Assembly: GCA_028534125.1 (NCBI GenBank)
Contig: CM052827.1
Span: 12,214,001-12,278,000 of the forward strand
Reading direction: 5' to 3'
DNA from: Lama glama
Lineage: Eukaryota
DNA: 64,000 nucleotides
In this document: positions 27,831-44,895 of the stretch, in pieces
Layout of the letters: the number at the start of each line of letters is the position of its first letter
Position numbering within the stretch: the first letter of the stretch is position 1
Program-made: the position numbers and the translations under genes
Notes under the pieces: model-generated
What the model saw: only the letters and a program-made list of their open reading frames with translations
Database searches by the model: none
Told to the model about the DNA's origin: nothing

Positions 27831-28659
27831 GAATTTGGAATTTGGAGGGGACACTGGTGGACGGTCAGTTCTTGGGGGTGGCTGAGGGCGGAGATAAGGG
27901 TCTGAGAGGGCTGAGAGTGAGGATTCGGAAAAGCTCAGACGGGAGTCCGAGGGAGTTCAAAGCGTGGGATCCAAGGGGTTCAGGGAAGGGAGGTGTGAGG
28001 AGTCAGGCTCCGAGTCAAAGGTCCAAGGGTGCTGCAGTGAAGGGCTCTTGGAAAGAGAGGTCTGAGGGGATCCTAGAGTTGGGGGATCCGAGGAGACTGC
28101 AAATGGATGTATCTGAGGCGGCTTAGATAGGGGGTTCGAGGGTACTCAGAATGGGGCGTCTGAAAGGGCTTAAGGCGGGAGGAGGGTCCACAAGGACCTT
28201 GAATATTGTTAAGAGAGTCGGGCTCAGAGTTGCAGATCCGAAGTTTTTAGGATGAGGTCTTAAATTAAGGTGTCTAAAGGGGCTCTAGGGTGCAGCCCTG
28301 GGGGATATGTGTGGTGGAGCTCTTGAGAAAGGCTCCCAATGGACTCAGGGGTTGTTCTCTGCGAGAGCCTTGGGAGGGCAAAATACGTGTAGCCTGATAG
28401 GCCTTTGGTGGATGGCGTTTGGGGGAGTGTTCTGGGTATTCATCGTGTCTAGGCAGGGAGCCTGGGGGTGCATTGGGTGGCTTTTGAGATGTTGAGGACT
28501 TAGGTTTTAGAAACCAAGTGAGTTTTGCTAGAGGGCTGAGGTGAGGCCCTGGCCCATGATAAGAGACGAAGGCTGGATCATATCCTGAGGGTGGCAGTCT
28601 TGGTGGCTTCAGTGTGTTCTCTTTCCACAGAACTGACTGGGTACTCGGAGTTGCTGTTG

Positions 28660-32665
<4,006 letters not shown>

Positions 32666-33283
32666 CGCCAGGTCCCAGGATCCGCCGGAATTCCCGGGCT
32701 TTCGCCTGCTCTGGACAGCTGCCACCCTGTGACCTTGAAACCCTGGGGCAGAGGCAACTCCTCTTACCTCTCCCGGGGTTATTTTCCCAGTAACTGTGTG
32801 GGAACCATAGGAAAAGGCCCCATTCCAAATAAACCAACAACAAAAAATACCTTATTTTGGTTTTGGACATGGCAGAAGGGAGGGGTCAGATGCTTGGGTT
32901 CCTGAGGGGCGCTGCGCCTGGCACCTTAGAGGGAGGGTGTGGGCCATGGGGGTCAGATGTATGGGTCACAGAGTGGAGCAGAATCCAGGGCTTTTGAGGG
33001 GGGAGGGTTATATCTGGAGACCCCTTATGTGGGTGGTGCGAGCTTGGGAGGTTCAGCTACTGGTCTGCTGGGGAGGAATGAGTTAAGTGGTACTGCTGTC
33101 ACCTGAGCTGGGCATCAGATTACCTGGGTCCAGTTTCCACCTGGGAAGAGCCTGGCCCTGGGCTCCTGGCTACCTCAGGCCTGGGTGAGTCCTACTGAGG
33201 AGGTCTGGGGGTGGGTACCCCTGGCTGGGAAAAGGGCTCCTACTGGGGATCCTCACTGAATCTCTGTTCCCAGGCTCCCGAAT

Positions 33284-34537
33284 ATGGCCCTGCCCCCACC
33301 TCTGAGCCCTAGGCCCTCTTCTGAGCCCTTCAGCCACACCCCTGGAGCGCCTAGGGAGCTGGATACTGCTGAATGCACCATCTACCCTGCATCTGGAGAC
33401 GACAGAATCAGGTAGGAGCTGGTGTTTTTGAAACTTGGGTCCCAAAAGGGTGGGGGCAGTACCCCTTTTGAGGGTAGGAGATACTGTGAGTATGATCACC
33501 TGGGGACACGGGAGAGGTAACTGGGATAGGGTAGATAATGGGCACCTAGGCTTACCCAGGGACCTGTCAATGTCCCCTACCAGGTTGGAACAGGCTCAGA
33601 AGCAGGGGCAGGTCTCCTTGGACCCTCCTGAGCACTTCCAGAGTGGACCGAGGGGCACCAAGCCTGCCACTGGCCTCCCCACATCTCCAACGTCCTCTTC
33701 CCAGGAGGACCCAACTGGGGCCAAACACTGTGAGGTGAGCTGGGGTGACCTGGGCCCCTCCCTGTGCCAGCTCCTACCTCCTGTTGCTCTCCCAGAATTT
33801 GGCCTCCACACCAGGGATGAGGTGATGATTCTGGAAGAATGTTGGGCATCTGTTGGGGGAGGGATGCTCTGGACAATGATTCTTTACCAATCACTATAGA
33901 AATATTTCAGTATTTACCAGCTGAGAATTATTTTTATCATTGGCCCATTCCTTGGCGGGGTTATCCAGCTCCATCACCCCTTCCCTGTCCAGACCCGTAG
34001 GCCCTCCATATACACATTTCCAGAAACCTTGGAACCTGGAGAATTTGAACTAGAGGTTCTCAGGCCTGGCTCCACTGGGAGGTTTCTCTAGATGGGAGCA
34101 GCCCTGGTGCAGACCCAGTGATAGACTCTGCTGCAGAGAAGCATCCAGAAGGCAGGAGCCTGCAGAAGAAGGGTGCAATGGGAGTGGGGGCACATCTTAG
34201 TTGACTCGCCAGCCCTGACTCAGCTCTCTGTGTTCCCCAGCACTCCATCTCTGGCCAGGAGGTATTGGAGGCTGAGCAGGACAGCCTGCATCTTAGCCTT
34301 CTGGGGCTGGGCCTCCAGCTGCAGGACCTGGAGCGAGGCCTGGGGCCCTGGGCATCAGCCCAGAGCGGGATGGTCCAGCTGCAGGTGGGTAATGGGAAGC
34401 TAGGATGCGGGAGGGTGGGCAGGGCCTCAGGAGTGGGTGCCAGCTCCCTAGGGTAGGAAATGTGTTTATTCCATGTTCTAGGTTGGGAAGGGGAGGAGGG
34501 GTTGTAAATCCAGGTCCCAGGTCTCTGGTGCCCCTGG

Positions 34538-34581
<44 letters not shown>

Positions 34582-37126
34582 CCAGGTCCCAGGTTTCTGG
34601 TGCCCCTGGGGTGTGTGTGTGTGTGTGTGTGTGTAAATCCAGGTCCCAGGTCTCTGGTGCCCCTGGTGTGTGTGTGTGTGTGTGTGGATTGGGGAGGGGA
34701 GTGACGTCCAACTCTGTGTACCCAGGCCCTCCAGGCAGACCTCCGTGGGGCAGCTGAGCGTTTAGATGCACTGCTGGCATTCGGTGAGGGGCTGGCACAG
34801 CGGAGTGAGCCCCAAGCCCGGGCACCCCTGGAGCAGGTCCTGAGGGCCTTCAGAGCCCATCGAGACAGCATCTTCCGGCAGCTGTGGCGGCTGCAGGCCC
34901 AGATGGTCAGCTTCAGCCTGGTATGGACCACCCTGGAGGTCCCTGGTGCAGGCACGAGTCCCAACCCTCATGACCTCTGTCCTCTGACCAGGTGTTTGAG
35001 GATATCAACACACTGGAGCAGGACTTGGAGGTTGAGGGGGACTCAGACGGGCCAGGACATGGTAGGATCTGGGGGCCCTGGGCATCCGGTAGCCTCCCCA
35101 CTCCTGCAGAGTTGGAGTGGGACCCGGCGGGGGACGTTGGGGGCCTCGGGCCTTTGGGGCGAAGGACAGCCTGGACACCAGGGGCTCCCTGTGAGCTATG
35201 TGGCCACAGGGGCCCCTGGGGCAGGGGACAAAGCCTCGAGGTAAGAGCAGGTGGGGTCACCTCCCCCCAGGCACCCATGGACCCCTCTGTGTGCCTCCTA
35301 GCAGGGTCCTTCCCCTTTAAGGTTTTCATGGCTCTGTGTCTCCCTCTATCCCTCTCGGGGTCTATTTCTCTTTTGCTATCTCAGTGTTCCCTTCCCTCCC
35401 TCCCTTTGTCTCTCTTGGCCTCCATGTCTTCCTCCATCTCACTCTGTTTCCTTCTGTTGTGTCTACATTTCCTCATTTCCTCTATCTCCCTCACTCACCC
35501 TAAGGGGCCACGCTATTCCAAAATCACTCCCATCTCAAAGCCCCCCAGTGCATGCCCAGCTTACCTCCTCATTCATTCGTCTCTCCTCAAATGTTACCTC
35601 TTCAGGGAGGCCTGTTCTGGCCTCCAAATATTATTGCTCCTTATCCTCTGACTTTATTTCCTAACTGCACTTACCACATCTTGACTTTATACATTTGTTT
35701 ATTAACTTATGGTCTCTCCCTCTCTCCTGCTAGAATGTAAACTTCATGGATGCCAGGACTTTGTCTGTTTCTACATCCACTGTGTCCCCAGCTCCTAGAA
35801 CTGTACCTGGCATGTAACAGACACTCATTAAATATTTGTTGAATGAATGAATAAATAATGTCTCCCTTCTCTTGCTTTCTTTGGCTCTGTCCCTCTCTTC
35901 ATCTCTCCCCGCGATCTCTTTCCCCAGAGTCTCATCTCTACAACACCCACCCCCCATCTAGGTCCTTTCCCAACCTTGTGTGTCTTTGTCACTGGTTCTC
36001 CAAGGACCTCACCACTCTCTCCTCTAAAAGGACATGCTCATGTCAGGCCTCAACCATCGGAAACACTTAGCAGGTCACCGAAGACGCTCCCTGCTCCGGA
36101 AGTCCCAGGTGAGCTGGTCCTCAACCAGGTGTATCACTCAGGAATCTCGATGGCAAGTGACAGCAACCCAACCCAAGTTGAGTTACATAAAAAAGGGGAT
36201 GCTATTTTTTTCATGTGACTGAAAAGTCCAGGTGCTGTTGAATTCCAGACCACAGCTGCTGTCAGGGCTGGACTCTGCTTCTCCAAGGTGGATTCCTTCT
36301 CAGCAAAATGGCTGCCCCAGCAGCAACGTACTCACTTCCCACTGGCTTCCCCACCCCAGGAGGAGAGAGTGTCACTGTACCTACCTGCAGTTAAAGTCCT
36401 AGGGCTGACTCCAGCTTCCCCAACTTGAGTCATGGCCTAGATCCAGAACCAATCACAGTAGCCAAGCTGATGGAGGGCTGCGATTGGCCAGGTCTAGGTC
36501 ACATGCCTAATCATGGAAGAGGAGTCCTGAGGTCAGGAGAGTGGAGAGGTATGACACCCACCCCTACCAGTTGAACCACTGTTACCAGGAAAAGGGGGAT
36601 TGGATGAAGGGCAGGCACAAACAGACATCCACTACACTTGGAGGTATTCCAAGCCTGTGTGGGGTCCTGGGGATGGAGGGGGTGCTAGGAAAGGAGGAGA
36701 AATAAGCTCAGCTCTGTAGGTCTACAGCAGTAAGGGAAAGACCACATTAAGTGCCACTTCCACCCATTCTAATGCTGGCTGCTATCTACCCTTAGGACAA
36801 GATGAGACAAGTATCTCCCAATCTCCAGGATGTGATGCTAGAGGTAGACCCTGGGTGAGATGCCTGGAAGATGGGTATGGGGGGTGTGGGGGACAGGGCT
36901 CATGGTGGCAGCCCAGCCACACATTTAACACTACATTTCCCTTCACAGAGCCCCCAGTTCTACATCCAGGCGGCCCCTGACCTTCCTCCTTCTCTTCCTC
37001 TTCCTTCTCCTGGTGGGTGCCATGTTGCTCCTCCCCACATCAGGGGGCTCCTGCTGCTCTCCTGTCCGACTGGCCAGGACACCTTACCTGGTGCTCAGCT
37101 ATGTCAATGGTCCCCCCCCAATCTGA
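33284..37126 (+). CDS. SYNE4: Nesprin-4 (KASH protein), 393 aa; exons 33284-33411, 33584-33734, 34241-34384, 34726-34920, 34992-35240, 36031-36108, 36796-36854, 36949-37126
   Basis: Spectrin-like segment [31 protein letters not shown]; kinesin-1-binding LEWD motif; transmembrane segment [17 protein letters not shown]; KASH tail [24 protein letters not shown]. 1182 nt in frame; AATAAA at 37146-37151. Confidence 0.95.
34503..34686 (+). repeat. Compound tandem repeat: 3 x (~35-bp unit plus (TG)n) in SYNE4 intron 3
   Basis: tgtaaatccaggtcccaggt(c/t)tctggtgcccctgg occurs three times, each followed by a TG run of different length. Confidence 0.95.
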
Positions 37127-37169
37127 GTACAGTCCAGATATACGTAATAAACAGTTGCCATCAAAGGAT

Positions 37170-37523
37170 GTGTCTGTCTGTTCCAGCTGCTGTAATAAAA
37201 TGATGTAGACTGGGTGGCTTATGAACAATAGAAATTGATTTCCCACAGCTGAAAAGTCCAAGATCAAGGTGCTGGTAGATTCAGTGTCTGATGAAGACCC
37301 TCCTCCTGGTTCACAGATGGCCATCTTCTCGCTGTGGCCTCACATGGAAGAAGGGGCAAGCAGCTGTCCGGGTCTCTTTTATGAGGGCACCAATCCCTTT
37401 CATGAGGGTGGAGCCCTCATGACCTAATCACCTCCCAAGGGCCCCACCTCCCAATACTATCACTTAGAGGATTAGGATTTCAAGATACGAATTTTGAGGG
37501 GACCCAAACATTCAGTCTATAGC
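37170..37523. mobile_element. MLT1A-like MaLR LTR immediately 3' of SYNE4
   Basis: gctgctgtaataaaa...gactgggtggctta...aagtccaagatcaaggtgctgg...gccctcatgacctaatcacctcccaagggcccc...aacattcagtctatagca. Confidence 0.75.
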
Positions 37524-39361
37524 AGGATGTGTGAGGACCCTGGGTGTCCAAGGATTGAGAATCTAGGAAATGGTCTTGATACATCTGGACGCCCCCTCCA
37601 TAGATCGCTTTGCCTTGAGCATAGAACACAGAACAGAATCAGCCCACATTGGGTTGGGTTCCCCCAGAACCTGAACAAAGACTCAGGCACAGGTAGCTTT
37701 TTTGGGGAGGTGATCCTAAGCAGATTGACAGGGAAGTGGGAAGTGAGCCAGGGAAGGGAGTTAATGAGCTAGTTGCTGCTCTGGGCACGTGGGGTGCCAT
37801 CCCCCTGGGGAACTCTGGGAGACTAGAACACATTCAAAGTTGTTCTACCCAAGAGGTAAAGAGGTTGTGGCATGCGTACCAGCTCCCATCTCTCACTGGT
37901 TAAGGACTGTTTCTGGAGATGTTAACTCCCAGCACTTCCAGCCTCTCCTGCCTGTAAAAGACCCTTAGGCAAAGAGGCACAGATGCTTGCCACAGGAAGC
38001 TAGAGGAAGGGTGCAAGTGTACAGGAGGGGTGCAGGTGATGTGGATGGGTTGCCAATAGCTCCTGACCTGCATTCAACCAGGAGCTCTGTTTAAACATTC
38101 TACATGGTGGGCTTCCAGGCTGGCCAGCACTGGTGCAGGACTGTGAAAGCTCTCCTCTCCCAGGTCTTGACGACACCAAGCGGAATTGCCAGGGCTTAGA
38201 CCCGGAGTCCATTCCCCAGCCTCAGGTATCTAAGCTCACCCTGTCCCCAGAGTTTAAGACATCAGGACAAGAGGTGGGGCAGACTCAGACTCAGGAACAG
38301 AGGCAGGAGCCCTGTGCTAGGCTCCTGGATATGCCCTTAAGACAGATCCTTTCACCTTTAATTCTCATAACCACTGTGATATGTCCCTGCTTAACGGAAT
38401 GGGAAACTGAGGCTCTAGAGGGGAAGCCCCTAGTCTGAGGCCACACAGGGAGCAAGTGACTGAAGCCTAATCCCACTGATTTAAAAAGAAGTGGGAATTT
38501 ATTTTTGTGAGTAACAGAAAAGGTCAGGACTGCAAGCATAGCTGGATCCAGGGGCTCAGTTCTTTCCTTTGTTTTGGCTTCATTCTTATCCGAGTGGTGG
38601 CCAGAGTGCCCCACAAAGCCCCCAAGCAGACATCCCACCAATTTGGCAGCCGATAGGAGAGTTACTTGTCCCTTACAGTTCCAACCAAAGCCCCACGTGC
38701 TTTGCTGGGCCTGCAGTCAGCCTTGCCTGAACCATGAAAACAGGGGGAGGAGTGGTTCTCCAAAAATAGTCAGGGAACTGTTACCAGATGGGGAATGGAC
38801 ACTGAGGGAGTGGGGCGGGAAGCAGCAGATGCTGGGAGTTACTCCAGGTTCTGGGAGAAGTCAAGATGCAAACCTGGGTCTGTTCTGTTTCAAATGGGAG
38901 ACCGGGTCTCTGTTCCCAACCAAGGAGGAGACGTGGTCTCCCTGGGGTCACCAGCTAATAAGATAGTCTTGGTAATACTGACCCAACCAACCAGGCAATG
39001 GAGCAAGTTGTACCATTCGTTCACTCATTCATTTAGTATTGACTAAATGTCTGCTATGAACCAGGTCCTGGTCAAAGAGCAGGGCTATGACCCTGAACAA
39101 GGCAGGCTAAGATCCTGGTCCATGTTGCTGACATTCCAGTCGGGGAAAGCTAACAATAAGTAAAACAGACAGGCAAAATCTGTCACAGATCAGATAGTGA
39201 AAGATGCTAAGGAGAAAACTAAAGCGTGCAAAGGCAGGGTGTGTGTGTGCAATTTAATTAGGATGGATGAGGAAGGAATCAGGGAGACAATTATTATGCA
39301 ACAATTATGTCATTATATCAAATTGCAGTGAGGACACGAGCCACAGGGACTCCTAGAGGGG

Positions 39362-39812
39362 GGCTGTCTGATAGAAATACAACGTGAACCACGAATATAA
39401 TTTTGAATTTCCTGTCACAGTAAAACAGTAGAAACAGGTGAAATTAATTTTAATAATTTAATTTATACTCTAACCCAACATATCCAAAATATCACTTCAA
39501 CATGTCATCAGTATAAAAATAGAGGTCTTTTACAATCCTTTTTTTCTTCCTGCATCTTTGAAATCTGGTGTGTGTTTTATACTTTTTAGCACATCTCAAT
39601 TTGGACACCTTAATTTGCAACAGATAAAATGAAATGTAGTGCTACCAAGACAATACAACTGTGTTTAATGACAAAATATTTTACACTGCTTCAATTTTAA
39701 GTTTAAATTATTTAAAGTTTATAAAAATTAAAAAAAAATTCCCTGGTTGCAATAATCACATTTAAAATGCTCAAGTCACAGGTAGCTCCCAGCTACTGTA
39801 CTGGACACTGCA
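39362..39812. mobile_element. MER33/Charlie-like hAT DNA transposon remnant
   Basis: ggctgtctgatagaaatac...aaacaggtgaaattaattttaataa...acatctcaatttggac...tactggacactgcag. Confidence 0.6.
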
Positions 39813-42800
39813 GACCTGGAAGAACATTCCAGGTAAAGGGAACAGCAAGTACAAAGGCCCTGAGGTAGGATTTTGCCTGGCACATGGGAAGGCCAGTGCG
39901 GCTGGAGCGTGAATGGTGGAGTGGGCGACTGGACAGAGGTAAGGTGAAAGAGGCAATGGAGCCAGATCAGGTGGACTGTGGACCACAGTGAGGACTTCTA
40001 GTCTGCATGAGATGGGCACGGGAGGGTTTTTGGTTGCTGTTTTTTCAACTTTCATTCTGGGAATTTTTGAACTTGTACAAAAGGGGAAGGAACAGCATTA
40101 CAAGTCCTTGTGGACTCATCACTGACTCTGATCATTAGCAACTCAGGGCACCTCTCAGGTGCCCACTCCCCTCTTCCTAGATTACTTTGAAGCCAGTTCT
40201 AGATATCATACCCTTTTTTTCACCAACAATTCATGGAGCATCTCCAGAAGATCGATTCTGTTTTAAAACCCAATCACAACACTCCTATCACTGTAAAGAC
40301 AATTCCAGTCATTCCTCCACATCATCATCCCTCAGATGTCGCTGTCGGAGGGAGCTGAGCAGGAGAGGTGGGAACTCATGGGTGTGCCTGGTGACTCCTC
40401 ATGGGGTACTGTGAGTGTCCCAGAATTCCCCAAAGCCCCACTGGGCCACCTCGTGCTCCTGGTCATTGGCTTGGCCCCTTTGGGACCACTGAGTTTGTGA
40501 CCCAAGACAAGGACATATTCTAGTGACCTGTCATTCCCAATAGAGTGGAGATCAGAATCTGTAAGGGAGAGCAGATGTTATTTCCAAGTTCAGAAACTTA
40601 ATTGAAATTGATGGCTAAGTCTGTCAAGAAGTTATGTACAGGAGTTAATAAAGTCTCAGAAAATACAGGCTTTCCTTTTCTCAAATCTCTTGAAAAAATG
40701 CGCCCTCTGTACGAAGATCTCTGGCGCTCAAAGATAAATGACCAGTGACACATTGATATGACCATTTTCTATTTTGTTTTTTGTAACTTTAAGTTTTGTT
40801 TCAAGTTAATGAAAAGTTTTAAGACTAGTACTACAAAGCCCCATACACCCTTTACCCACATTCATCAATTGTTAACATTTTACCTCATGGGCTTCACCAC
40901 TTGGTCTCACTGATATGTATGTGCACATATTTTTGGAACCATTTGAGAGTAACTATACTTGAGCATATAGTTCTTAAGATCAAGGGCATCCCCTTACACA
41001 ACTAGAGTACAATTAAGGGAATCAGGAAATGTAATAACTCAATTCATTCAATGACTGCTGTCCCTCACAAGCTTCTGTTTGCTCCTGAGGGCATTAACCC
41101 ACTTCACATAACTCAAGAAAGCCCTTAAGCAGAAGAGCAGGATTGCAGGGGCTCAGAGTAGGAAGCTGGCAGCCTCTAGAGAACCCTCTTGTGCAGCTAC
41201 AAGTGAACACAAATAGGCAGGAGAGTTATGGGGTTGGGACATTATCATCTGCTGCCACATGTATTTCACTATTTCATCATTAACAGCCACATGAGGGAGG
41301 CACCATTAGCACGCCCATTTTGCAGATAAGGGTGTTGAGGCACAAAGAGGTTAAATCACTTGCCTATGATCATGTAATCAGTAAGCGTTGGAACTGGGGT
41401 TTAAACCCAGGCATTCCATTTCCAGAGTCTATCATCACTGCTCACTCACCTACAATCTCCTCCCTCAAATCGGGCATTCTCCTCCCCCATCCTCTTTACC
41501 AGGCAAACTCCATTCACTGGTAATACCCAGGTGAATGTCTCCCTTCCTGACCAGGATGCCCGGCCCCAGTGGGAACTCGATCAAGGCTTGCAGCCCTGCC
41601 AGAAGCTCCCATCCTGGAGTTTATTAGGGCTCAAGATCTTGGAGTCAGAAGTGAGCAAGATGGGGGGGAGGAAACAGAAGTGAGGAAGAGGGAGATTAAA
41701 GGTGGAGACATAACGGGGGCGAGATGGGTAGGACTCAACCCCCTTACCCACTTTCAAGACTCTGGTTTTTACTCTGAAATGGAGCCAGGCCAGGAGTAAC
41801 TGCATCACCCTGCTGAAAAACAGGCTGCGAGAGATGAACGTGGCTGAGGAGGTTTGAGTACCAACCAGAGACAAAGCTGAAGTAGAAGCCACATGCACAA
41901 ACCTCACAGCCTGTGCTCTGGGGCACTCCAAGTCCCAGCTGGGCCCCTGCATTTCTCCCCTTTGTCCTCTCCAGGCCTCTACCCACACTGGTCCTCCTGC
42001 TTAAAAGTCTATCCCTACCTTCTGGCAAACACCTTATAATTCTTCACATTTCAATTCCACCTTATAACTATTCGAGTACCTCCTCCCCCACTGGGATTGG
42101 GGCAGAGATTGTTTCTCATCTGTCCATCCTCCCTTTGGTCCGAGGTCTGGGCTCCTTTCCTAAGGCCTTCCTCCTCCTCTCAACTGCATCTTGCTAAGAA
42201 TTCAACTGCTTTCCATTTATTTAACAGACATGGGTGCAAATACAGCTGAGGGCTGCAAAATGCAGTACCCCAGAGAATGTCTAGAGCAGGTCCATGTGAG
42301 GACATGGGAGGAGGTATGCCTGTGGCCCAGGGTCTCTCTCTCTCCTCCCCTACCCCTGGGCGTTGCTAACAAAAATCTCGGCCTATAGCTGAGGCTGGAC
42401 TCAGTCAGGTTTGAGGGCCCCGCCACTGCCTCAGGGATTACCAGCCAGGCCTCCTCCGCTCCACCATTTCCTCTCCTGCTTCACTACTCTCCATTAAGGA
42501 GTCAACTGGGGCTTCTTTGGGGTCAAGTCAGGGTGGGTTCCCTCCATGGGTCTGCTCAGGAGAACTATGCTAATCCAACCAATCTGCCAATCTAGAGGCT
42601 CCAGAGGGAGAAGAGACAGCTCCCCACACCCATCCCCTCCCAAAGGGTCACTTCTTGGTATGTTGGAGGGGGGACACTTCAAAAACCCCCAAACACATTA
42701 AGACCACCAAAAGGGAAGTAAGCAAATCCCCAATTTTATTCCCTTTGTCCAACAGTCCTGAGCAGGAAAGTGGGCAGGAGTTGGGGCTCCCCCTCAGAAC

Positions 42801-43384
42801 CATCATGTAGAGGTCTTGGGGAGGTCTTTAATTGATTAGCTGAAGTGAAAGAACCCTAGCCCCTTCCTCACCGGTCCAAGTTTGTCACAATGGGGCAAAG
42901 GTTTTTCTAAGGGGGATTCCAGACTTCTCATCCTCCATCAGGGTATCTCTTCAAACTCCTCAGCAAAAAGTCTGTTCTTTTCAGAGTTAAATACAGAGGA
43001 AGGGAGTTTCCTTGAGGAACCAGGAGTAGGTATGTTCTCAGGAGTCAAGAGAGGGGCATGTCAGTTTCTTTCTGTCCAACAGCCGGGCGTCCCGGCTCCC
43101 CAGGCCTGAGGGTAAGTAGCTCTCAGCTTGAGAGTCCAGCCAGCCGGCGACCCAGGCCGCCCCAAGCCTTCATGGGGAAGTTTGACCCGTTACCATACAT
43201 CGGGCAAGGTCGGGCATCTCTCGCCATCGGACCCTTCATCATCAAGAGGGCTCTCCAGTATCCCCAGTCTGTCGATCTAGTCTCTTAAGACCGCTCACCT
43301 TCCATCAGGCGGGTTCCCTGGTCCCCCCACGCAGTCAGGCGGGCCCCTCGTTCCCCTGGGCCATCGGGCGAGCCCTTCTGCCAG

Positions 43385-43741
43385 TCACCGTCCTTCGGAC
43401 GGGGTCTCCGGTGCCCCCATGCTGTCAAGCGGTCTCCTTGGACCGTCATCAGCGTCAGGCGGAGTCCCTGGGGTTCCCGCGTCACGGGTCGCCTCGGTCG
43501 GGTCCCCCAAACGCACGAAGGCGCCCATGGCCTTGGCGTGGCCGGAGCGTAGCAGCTGGAGCTGGCGGCGCCCGCGGCGGTACAGGTACTCAATGCGCAG
43601 TACGTCGGAGCGTGGCAGGCCGGCGTGCTGCCGGAATTCGGCCCGCACCCGCGCCTCGGCGCCCGGCTTCCCGCGCCCGGCGCGCAGTAGCTCGCGGTAC
43701 AGGCTCAGAACTTGTCTCTGCAGCCGGCTGGGGCGACTCAT
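43385..43741 (-). CDS. SDHAF1: Succinate dehydrogenase assembly factor 1 (LYR protein), single exon, 118 aa
   Basis: [40 protein letters not shown]...[12 protein letters not shown] with LYR motifs, in a CpG island. Minus-strand AATAAA at 42735-42740. Confidence 0.97.
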   Translation of the reverse strand: MSRPSRLQRQVLSLYRELLRAGRGKPGAEARVRAEFRQHAGLPRSDVLRIEYLYRRGRRQLQLLRSGHAKAMGAFVRLGDPTEATRDAGTPGTPPDADDGPRRPLDSMGAPETPSEGR

Positions 43742-44074
43742 GGTTACAGCTGGGCCGCGGGAGCACACAGTCAACGCGTCACAAAGTCGTGCGGCAGCAC
43801 TGCTGGGAAAAGCGGCGTTGCAAGGCAACAGGCACTTCCGCCTCTTGCTATGAGGCACCGTCGCATCCCATTGGCTGTCGCTGTAGTTACATCACAATGT
43901 CGCGAGTAAGGGGCGGGGCCTCTGAATTACTGGCCCACCCAACAGGGAATAGGTGTCCTTGTGAGGACAGTAGTTCTGAGGCGGTCAGACTCTAAGGTTT
44001 CGGATTGGAAGGAAACAGGGTGTCCTGACTTAACTCCCGAGTCCTGGGAGAGGAGAGAGACAGGCACAAGCATG

Positions 44075-44620
44075 TTTTTTGCCACGTTATTTATTAAAGC
44101 AATCTCCGTGCGTCCTCACCCCCGGGGCAGGTGTGCGTTGAGGGTCCCAACCCTGCGGACGCACAGAGGGACGATGTCAGGCGCTGAAGTGTTGGGTCAT
44201 AGCCGGCACTACAAGCTCAGTGCTGTAGGAAGACGAGCTTAGAGAGATGGTGTGGGCTGCAATCCCCTAAAGGCAGCCTGTAGCGCAGGGAGCTGGGCTG
44301 GTAGCGCCCTCTGCCGATGTGAGTCGGACCCGGGGGTAGAAGAGGGAGGGGCCTCACCAGCTGTTGAAGCCCCAAGTCCAGCATGCTTGGGACACGTCGA
44401 CCAGGCTGGCACCCCGGTGTCCTCCAGGGAGTATCAGGTCATCCGTCGCAATTCGTTGTAGTCCCCAGAGGCTACGCGGAGGCGTCCTCGTAGCACTGGG
44501 GAGGCCCGCAAGGCCATGGCCCCCTTGGTCCCTACCAGCACCTGGAGCGTAGGGGACCTCGCCTAGCTTGCGACCACGCCTCCGCACAACTGGGTAGCAA
44601 GCTGCGTGGGGCGTCAGTTC
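44075..44620 (-). pseudogene. FCGBP-like last two exons (~44358-44620; 44075-44222) with polyA signal
   Basis: LQVLVGTKG...GRLRVASGDYN(1-nt frameshift)IATDDLILPGG...WGFNS-TG|GTGAGG. The acceptor cctacag| supplies C to complete Cys, then TELVVPAMTQHFSA*. AATAAA at 44090-44095. Confidence 0.75.
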
Positions 44621-44745
44621 CTTTGTGGAGAGCGGAGGCGGGTCAGGGGCTGGGATGAGGGCCGGAGTCCGGGAATCAAAGGGGAACTCAGAAACCGCTG
44701 TGAATCCCGCCCGCCCGTGTCTCTATCAGAAATGCATATTCATCT

Positions 44746-44895
44746 GGGGGGAGGGTATAGCTCAGTAGTAGAGTGTGTACCTAGCATTCATGAGGTCCTG
44801 GGTTCAATCTCCAGTACCTCCATTAAAACAAAACAAAACAAAACATAAACCTAATTACCTCTTGCCCCCAAAGAAATAGATTTTTAAAAAATAAT
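44746..44895 (+). mobile_element. tRNA-derived SINE (Vic-1-like)
   Basis: ggggagggtatagctcagtagtagag...gggttcaatctccagtacctcc...aacctaattacc. TSD aaatgcatattca at 44730-44742 and 44896-44908. Confidence 0.9.

Noticed and set aside
34503-34686. CRISPR-like repeat-spacer array
   Set aside because: The DNA is mammalian, the spacers are plain (TG)n and there are no cas genes.
43742-43858. 39-codon N-terminal extension of SDHAF1 in the ORF track
   Set aside because: It starts at GTG in promoter/UTR sequence. The recognised protein begins at ATG 43741.
44075-44700. Possible processed retrocopy (T run plus AATAAA on the minus strand)
   Set aside because: It contains an intron with GT/AG ends and VWD motifs, so it is better explained as the terminal exons of the FCGBP-like gene.
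44746-44822. tRNA gene
   Set aside because: The tRNA-like head continues into a SINE tail, is flanked by TSDs and recurs three times.
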